NCBI RefSeq assembly: GCF_000015945.1
Contig: NC_009033.1
Coordinates: 1,530,001 to 1,562,000 of the forward strand
DNA: 32,000 bases
From: Staphylothermus marinus F1
Lineage (GTDB): Archaea > Thermoproteota > Thermoprotei_A > Sulfolobales > Desulfurococcaceae
Direction of reading: 5' to 3'
This document shows positions 25,247 to 32,000 of the stretch, piece by piece. The stretch's first letter is position 1. Each line of letters begins with the position of its first letter. Made by a program: the position numbers and the translations under genes. A model generated the notes under the pieces. The model saw only the letters and a list, made by a program, of their open reading frames with translations. It was not told where the DNA came from and made no database searches.

Positions 25247-27568
25247 GTGTTTGACATGATTCAGAGCTATATAGGGGTAAGTGATTGTCTCGAAAACATT
25301 CTAGTAGAGGCATTGTCTAGTGTTTTAGGAGAGGATGAAAAGGTTGTGAGAGAATATTTTAGTAGTAAGAGAATAAAGATCACTAAGACACCTGATCCTA
25401 AGCTTGGCGATTACGGGTTAGCTCTCCACTACTTATTCCACAAGTATAGAATTAGCAGGGATGATTGGGAAAATATTGCTTCTAGGATAATCAATTATTT
25501 GGAGAGTAGGGGTCTTCTCGGTAAATGCTATGCTAGTAGAGCTGAATATGTTAATGGATATATCAATTTCTACATAGATTATAACTTGATGAAAGACATT
25601 ATATTCGAAAATTATCTCTCCAAGAAAATATTTGATCAAATAAAGAGTTTTGGTAAGGGAGAAAAAATAGTTGTTGAGCATACTAGTGCAAATCCTGTTC
25701 ACCCACTACATGTTGGTAGTGGGAGAAACGCTGTCATAGGAAACACGTATGCTAACCTACTCAGATATTTAGGCTTTAATGTTGAGGAGAGATTCTATGT
25801 AAACGATATGGGTAGGCAAGTTGCTGTACTAGTATATGGGTATAGGATTGTTAAGAACGAAAAACTAGTTCCTCCTCCAAATATGAAAATAGATCACTGG
25901 ATTGGAGCAATATATGCATTAACCAATATATTGATCCATAAACTAGTGGTTGAGAGAGAAATACATGTTCTCGAAGAAAAACTACGCGGAGAACTAGAAA
26001 CAATACTCAGGGAAACCGAGAAGTTCATGGAAAACAATAACTTATACCCACTAGTAGAGCTATCCATAACAATAGAGAACCTATTAAAGAAATACAGGAT
26101 AAAACACTACATTGGAGAAATAATAACTGAATCAATAAAATCAATCGAAAAAATAGTTAAGATTCTCTCAAGCAAGGGATACAAGCATATAAGTAAATAC
26201 TATGAGGAGAAACATGATGAACTGAAAAAATATGAGAAGAAATACAAGGATCTATTAATGGAGCAGAACGAATATAGTGATTCTGAGAACAAGTTTGCTG
26301 AAACATATCCAGAACTATATGTTGCGTTGAAAAAGAACATAACCGATCCAGACAAGGCTGAGGAGGAGATCAGGAAATATATGAAGAAATATGAGGAGGG
26401 AGATGAAGAAGTAGGTGTATTATTCAGAGAAGTTTCAGAACAAACACTAAAAGGTTTCAGAGAGACACTGTCAAGGCTTGGAATAGTTTTTGATTCATAT
26501 GATTGGGAGAGTAGCCATATTATAAGAGAACTTGCATGGAATGTGATCAGGGAATCAGAGAAGCTACCCTATTCTAGTAGGGAGGAGGGAGCATTAATCA
26601 TAGATCTCGATAAAGCCGCTGAAGAACACTTATTTATCAAGAAGTTATTCGGCAAAGACCAGCCCGGTAAACTGGTTGTTCAGAGAAGTGATGGAACAAG
26701 CCTCTATACTACCAGAGATATAGCATACTCAATATACAAGTTCAAGTATTTGGGGGCGAGCAAAGTATATAATGTTATAGCTGTTGAGCAGACAAGAGAG
26801 CAGAAACAAGTAAAGGCAACTCTCTACCTTCTAGGATATAGGGATGAAGCTGAGAAACTAGTTCATTTCACATATGAAATGGTTAATTTGAAAGGTATGA
26901 GGATGAGTGGTCGTAGAGGTCAATATTATAGTTTAGATGAACTATTAGAAGACTATGTTAAAGCTATTGCTAAATCATATGTTGAAAGCCAAATTAAGAG
27001 GATCGGAGGACTAGAATCGAGTATACCAATAAATTTGGATGAATTGAAAAAGGTTTTCGAAAAACTAGCAGTTGCTGATTCAAGAGCACTACTATTATCG
27101 ATTGATCCATCCAAGGTATTAACATTTGATCATAGGAGACTAGAAGAATACAATATGGGTTCATGGATACTATACACATTTGTCCGGTTGCAAGGCATTC
27201 TTAGGAAATGGCTTGGAGTAGAGCCGTTAACAAATATTGATAAACTACTGGTTGAAGCAAACAAACTATATAATACATTGAAGAATAAAGAGATTGACCT
27301 AAATTTACTGGAGAGAAACATACTCGAAAACCTACTAGAATACCCCTCAATACTGTATAAATCATATAGTGAGCTGAAACCAAACAAATTACTAGAATAC
27401 ACAAGCAATCTATGCATGAACATAAACAAACTATACGAAACAGTCCCCGTTCTCGGAGAAAAAGATCAATATAAGAGAAGCTTTAGAATACTCTTAGTAA
27501 TAGTAACAACTCTAATTCTAAAAGACCTAGTAGAAATAATGGGTTTCCCAACAATAACAAAAATATAG
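25247..27568 (+). CDS. argS: Arginine--tRNA ligase, unusually long (773 aa)
   Basis: HTSANPVHPLHVGSGRNAVIGN (HIGH region), NDMGRQV, QRSDGTSLYTTRDIAY and a C-terminal helical anticodon-binding domain. The alternative start is ATG 25256. Confidence 0.9.
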   Translation: MFDMIQSYIGVSDCLENILVEALSSVLGEDEKVVREYFSSKRIKITKTPDPKLGDYGLALHYLFHKYRISRDDWENIASRIINYLESRGLLGKCYASRAEYVNGYINFYIDYNLMKDIIFENYLSKKIFDQIKSFGKGEKIVVEHTSANPVHPLHVGSGRNAVIGNTYANLLRYLGFNVEERFYVNDMGRQVAVLVYGYRIVKNEKLVPPPNMKIDHWIGAIYALTNILIHKLVVEREIHVLEEKLRGELETILRETEKFMENNNLYPLVELSITIENLLKKYRIKHYIGEIITESIKSIEKIVKILSSKGYKHISKYYEEKHDELKKYEKKYKDLLMEQNEYSDSENKFAETYPELYVALKKNITDPDKAEEEIRKYMKKYEEGDEEVGVLFREVSEQTLKGFRETLSRLGIVFDSYDWESSHIIRELAWNVIRESEKLPYSSREEGALIIDLDKAAEEHLFIKKLFGKDQPGKLVVQRSDGTSLYTTRDIAYSIYKFKYLGASKVYNVIAVEQTREQKQVKATLYLLGYRDEAEKLVHFTYEMVNLKGMRMSGRRGQYYSLDELLEDYVKAIAKSYVESQIKRIGGLESSIPINLDELKKVFEKLAVADSRALLLSIDPSKVLTFDHRRLEEYNMGSWILYTFVRLQGILRKWLGVEPLTNIDKLLVEANKLYNTLKNKEIDLNLLERNILENLLEYPSILYKSYSELKPNKLLEYTSNLCMNINKLYETVPVLGEKDQYKRSFRILLVIVTTLILKDLVEIMGFPTITKI

Positions 27569-27577
27569 CTACAACAA

Positions 27578-27690
27578 CACTATTTGGAAACTATGTATTA
27601 GTTACCCAGAATAAAGATTTTGCAAGATCAAGAGATCTAGGCCTTAAACTCGAACTACAATAAAAGACTATTTTAGGAACTATGTACTAC
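27578..27690. repeat. Imperfect direct repeat, CACTATTTGGAAACTATGTATTA (27578-27600) and GACTATTTTAGGAACTATGTACTAC (27667-27690)
   Basis: Read directly in the argS-downstream intergenic region. The shared core is ACTATTT..GGAAC/AACTATGTA. Confidence 0.5.
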
Positions 27691-27718
27691 TTTTTCAGGA
27701 CTCAATTGTTTAAGGAGA

Positions 27719-27765
27719 GGGGGGTTAAATTATTTATTAGGGTTTATTCGTGAAGATAACCCCCC
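27719..27765. other. Inverted repeat GGGGGGTTA (27719-27727) / TAACCCCCC (27757-27765) with a 29-nt loop
   Basis: These are perfect 9-bp G/C-rich arms in an otherwise AT-rich intergenic region. The function is unknown; an RNA hairpin, operator or terminator are all possible. Confidence 0.5.
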
Positions 27766-27863
27766 GGTTCCCCTGAAGAAAATATATGCAAGGTCCTCAT
27801 TAACCCCTAATCTTTAAGCTGTTGTATTTTAAATGATTTTATGAGTTAGATATCATTTGGTGT

Positions 27864-28058
27864 ATGGTTTTGGAGGAGAGGTTTAGGATAGCTTTAAGGA
27901 TCATTGATGAGTTGAGAGCCAAGGATAGAGTTCGAACTAGTCGTAGGAGTGTTGGTGATGTTTTAAGGATTGCTGAGATTTCCCGTATATTGTTTAAAAG
28001 GTATTTTGAAGTGGTTGATTGGGAAGGGGAGAATCGAGTGTTGAGGATGAAAATCTAG
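27864..28058 (+). CDS. Small HTH-like protein (candidate antitoxin or regulator)
   Basis: 64 aa. SVGDVLRIAEISRILFKRY looks like helix-turn-helix. The ORF overlaps the next ORF by 40 nt in a different frame. Confidence 0.45.
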   Translation: MVLEERFRIALRIIDELRAKDRVRTSRRSVGDVLRIAEISRILFKRYFEVVDWEGENRVLRMKI

Positions 28059-28639
28059 CTGAGAAGCTATATAATGAGTACATAGGGTTTATGAGGAAAA
28101 TAGTTGACACGAATGATTTGTTAAAGAAATATATGTTGTTCATAGGTTTTCTCAACAATTGGTTTATAGAGAATGATTTGGGATATATAGTTGTTACGGG
28201 AGGGTTCGCGGTTGAGGTATTTACTGGGCAAGCCTATAGAACAATGGATGTTGATCTTATAGCAAGCAATAGTAGAGTTGCTAAAATCCTAGAATTGTTC
28301 CTTGAAAAAATAGGCGAGAAGATCGCAAGGGGATATATACTAGGCGATGAACAATTATTATCGAAGTCCATAGACATAGTATCTACAACATATACTCGTA
28401 GAAAAAATCCTGTGAAGATCATTGTAAATAGTTATCATGTATACGTAGATCCGCCCGAAGAACTTATTATATCATATCTAGCAGGCTGGAAATACCGGGG
28501 AGCAACAGAGGACAGAGATAAAGCTATTTGGCTATATATTGTTTTAAAAGACATGCTTGACAAAGAATACCTATACACTCGAGCCCGAGAAGATGACGTT
28601 GTTGATAAGCTTAAATTCCTGGAAGAGCTTGTTAAATAG
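28019..28639 (+). CDS. Nucleotidyltransferase-fold protein (pol-beta superfamily, MNT/AbiEii/DUF2204-like)
   Basis: VVTGGFAVEVFTGQAYRTMDVDLI matches the GG-x(n)-R-T-x-D-x-D NTase motif, and EELIISYLAGWKYRGATEDRDKAIWL resembles the C-terminal helix block of these families. The start is TTG 28019 (immediately after an in-frame TGA) or ATG 28091. Confidence 0.6.
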   Translation: MGRGESSVEDENLAEKLYNEYIGFMRKIVDTNDLLKKYMLFIGFLNNWFIENDLGYIVVTGGFAVEVFTGQAYRTMDVDLIASNSRVAKILELFLEKIGEKIARGYILGDEQLLSKSIDIVSTTYTRRKNPVKIIVNSYHVYVDPPEELIISYLAGWKYRGATEDRDKAIWLYIVLKDMLDKEYLYTRAREDDVVDKLKFLEELVK

Positions 28640-28756
28640 CATAATTATTTTTATAGTTGTAAAAATGTGTGGAAACATGCATTGACGAAGCAGAACTTAT
28701 CTATTCGTTAATAGGGGGCTAGGTAGGAATCCTTGAAATCTTTTTGGAGGAAACAA

Positions 28757-29479
28757 TTATTTCATGGTTTCTATGTGCATATAGATCCTGCTAACTTCCT
28801 CCTCTGTTAGTCCTGTGTGTCTCAGCATCCTTGTTAGTATTGATCGTTCATATCTATCTTCTGGAACAAGGTTGTTTTCTACGATAATCTTAGCTATGAA
28901 TTCATATAATCTAGGATCGTGTTTTAGTGATACAATATGGTATCTCCACAATCTTCTAAGCTTGTCTTTATAATACTTATAGTATTTTGGTCTACCCCTA
29001 GGCGTCTTATTGGTAAACACTATTTTTTCTGCATCTATATCTCTGATATAACTTATAATTGAGGAATATGAAATATTAAGGATTCTAATAAGATCAGTTA
29101 CCAGCATCGGACCTTTACTCTCCAGTAATTCCTTCATTAATTGTTTTCTCTTCTTCGCCATGAGCTTGTTCTTAACAAATATTCTCTCGCTCTTGAATCC
29201 TGCTTTGTGTAGATGGTAGAGGACTGTTTGATAATTTATACCTAGCATCTTACTTATTTGCTTCCCCGACAAGCCTTGTTTGTAGAGAGATACTATTTTT
29301 TCTCTCAACTCCTTTGAACGTTGAGACGGCAATTTAATGCCGTGCTTAACAAGGATTCTACGTATAATTTTTGGGTCGTGATGAAGAGTTTTTGCTATAA
29401 CAATCACTTTTCCATACTTCTTATACATTTCAATAATTAGTCTCTCCTCTTCAGGACCAGGTTTTCTTGAAATGATCAA
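28757..29479 (-). CDS. Multi-HTH DNA-binding protein (three predicted HTH/wHTH units)
   Basis: EERLIIEMYKKYGKVIVIAKTLHHDPKIIRRILVKHGI; ELREKIVSLYKQGLSGKQISKMLGINYQTVLYHLHKAG (resolvase/IS-transposase-N-like HTH); KQLMKELLESKGPMLVTDLIRILNISYSSIISYIRDI (wHTH-like). Confidence 0.55.
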   Translation of the reverse strand: MIISRKPGPEEERLIIEMYKKYGKVIVIAKTLHHDPKIIRRILVKHGIKLPSQRSKELREKIVSLYKQGLSGKQISKMLGINYQTVLYHLHKAGFKSERIFVKNKLMAKKRKQLMKELLESKGPMLVTDLIRILNISYSSIISYIRDIDAEKIVFTNKTPRGRPKYYKYYKDKLRRLWRYHIVSLKHDPRLYEFIAKIIVENNLVPEDRYERSILTRMLRHTGLTEEEVSRIYMHIETMK

Positions 29480-29569
29480 TCACCAGTTATCAATATATAC
29501 ATTGTCTTTAAAAACTATTCCATCCCATGTTATCTAGTATTTTTGAAGTAGGCATTATATATTTCATAG

Positions 29570-30940
<1,371 letters not shown>

Positions 30941-30942
30941 AG

Positions 30943-31557
30943 TTATGGATAAATTTTTCTTCCAAAACCATCCCTTGTAGCAGAGTTATTATATATCTCA
31001 ACTATTTTGAAAACATATGCTGGATAATCACTTTTCTTCCCTTCCCAATGAAATAAATCATGTATGCTGTTGAGATACTTCTTATATGGATCACTGTCTT
31101 CATCATGTATTTCAACAACAGTTCTAACCTCAAAACTTGTCTCGGGAGGCGTATAAAATAATACTGTAGCTTTACCTGTAGCCTTGATATTTTCCCAGCT
31201 ATGCTTAAACCCCATCTCCAACCCGCCAATAAGCATTGGATCAATAAGATCCATCCTGTAGAATTCTCTAAGCAAAGTACAAGCAATACTCTTCATATCA
31301 TTACCCGGCCTCTCAACATATGCGTATCTATAAGCTTTATCGGCTAGTTCCTCGATAAACTCCCTTCTAGGAACAAATCCCACCATCTTAATACTACCAC
31401 TCAATCCCCGGGGGCCATCCGTGATTACAGCCGGTGTTGTCCTCGTGAATTCTACTAGGAAATTCCTAGGCGGTCTCCCATCCATGCATAGTTTCCTTAT
31501 AACATTTATTCTTTGATAGAAGAAGTAATCCATCCACTCTTTGGGAAGCATGTTCAA
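30943..31557 (-). CDS. Hypothetical protein (possibly a PNPOx-like split-barrel fold; weak)
   Basis: 204-aa ORF with non-repetitive composition, convergent with the aminotransferase. GKATVLFYTPPETSFEVRTVVEIHDE is vaguely reminiscent of FMN-binding split-barrel proteins. Confidence 0.25.
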   Translation of the reverse strand: MNMLPKEWMDYFFYQRINVIRKLCMDGRPPRNFLVEFTRTTPAVITDGPRGLSGSIKMVGFVPRREFIEELADKAYRYAYVERPGNDMKSIACTLLREFYRMDLIDPMLIGGLEMGFKHSWENIKATGKATVLFYTPPETSFEVRTVVEIHDEDSDPYKKYLNSIHDLFHWEGKKSDYPAYVFKIVEIYNNSATRDGFGRKIYP

Positions 31558-31597
31558 ACACCTTATAGTAGGTATTAGCGATTATGCTAAAATATAA

Positions 31598-32000
31598 TTA
31601 TTTAGCATAGGGGCAGAAAACATTGATCTTAAATAGAGTATGCTTGTTTATGAAATAAGCAATAGCAGAAGCTGATACCCCATATAAATAAATCTTCTTA
31701 TCCATAATATATGCTCTACTAATAATGTTCCAGAAGCTTTTATTAACAATACTACTAGCTGTAACCAAGATAATATCTGATGCTCCAATATAGTTTTCAT
31801 TAAATAATCCATCATATACTAATCTACCATATCGGCTTCTCCAAACAGTATCGTTTCTAAGATCAGTGACTAGGAGATTATCTCTAAGAAAATAAGCTAA
31901 ATACTCTACATGCCCAGGCTGATAACCTATGTGGAGAACGCGCTTACCAACACCGTATTTAGCCAGTATATAGCTTGCAAGTTTCACACCACATTTAACC
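31598..32000 (-). CDS. DUF364-like Rossmann-type domain protein (C-terminal part; the ORF stays open to the window edge)
   Basis: GKRVLHIGYQPG...DIILVTASSIVNKSF...IYLYGVSA follows the pattern I recall for the DUF364 putative chelatase domain. There is no stop upstream of GTG 31987 through position 32000. Confidence 0.4.
   Translation of the reverse strand, partial: VKCGVKLASYILAKYGVGKRVLHIGYQPGHVEYLAYFLRDNLLVTDLRNDTVWRSRYGRLVYDGLFNENYIGASDIILVTASSIVNKSFWNIISRAYIMDKKIYLYGVSASAIAYFINKHTLFKINVFCPYAK

Noticed and set aside
27750-27776. Possible C/D-box sRNA: GTGAAGA (C-like) … CTGA (D) at 27773-27776
   Set aside because: The C box has a mismatch (GUGAAGA versus RUGAUGA), only about 15 nt separate the boxes, and no C'/D' pair or terminal stem is evident. 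The G6/C6 hairpin explains the GC-rich bases better.

Overview
This is an AT-rich, gene-dense archaeal chromosomal segment. The gene content (GAPOR, archaeal Elp3, FeoAB, tungsto/molybdopterin synthesis genes), the GGTG Shine-Dalgarno-like motifs and a 25-nt CRISPR repeat ending in ATTGAAAG on the minus strand fit a hyperthermophilic crenarchaeon of the Desulfurococcales type; this is inference and cannot be verified here. Most of the window is housekeeping: elp3 (partial), an MBL-fold hydrolase, moeA, thiL, a protein phosphatase, a DedA-like membrane protein, feoAB, GAPOR, a pterin-binding-like protein, moaA, moaC, argS, a class-III aminotransferase and a DUF364-like protein (partial). Several parts look non-routine. 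(1) A 1333-aa protein pairs a compact Walker A/B/motif C set resembling SF3 (D5/P4-primase-C type) viral helicases with about 1000 aa of helical/TPR repeats and no primase domain. (2) A membrane-anchored protein with a clan-CD (caspase/gingipain-like) His/Cys arrangement sits next to a large surface glycoprotein. That glycoprotein is an internal tandem duplication with islands of perfect DNA identity and a long poly-Thr stalk. (3) An 8-repeat CRISPR array with no cas genes in the window lies between moaA and moaC. Its inferred leader side continues into an extremely G+T-skewed stretch that includes the first ~88 codons of moaC. (4) A ~2-kb islet between argS and the aminotransferase carries a small HTH ORF overlapping a nucleotidyltransferase (TA-like), a triple-HTH protein, direct repeats and a G6/C6 hairpin. 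All functional calls come from motif recognition by eye; no database search was possible.
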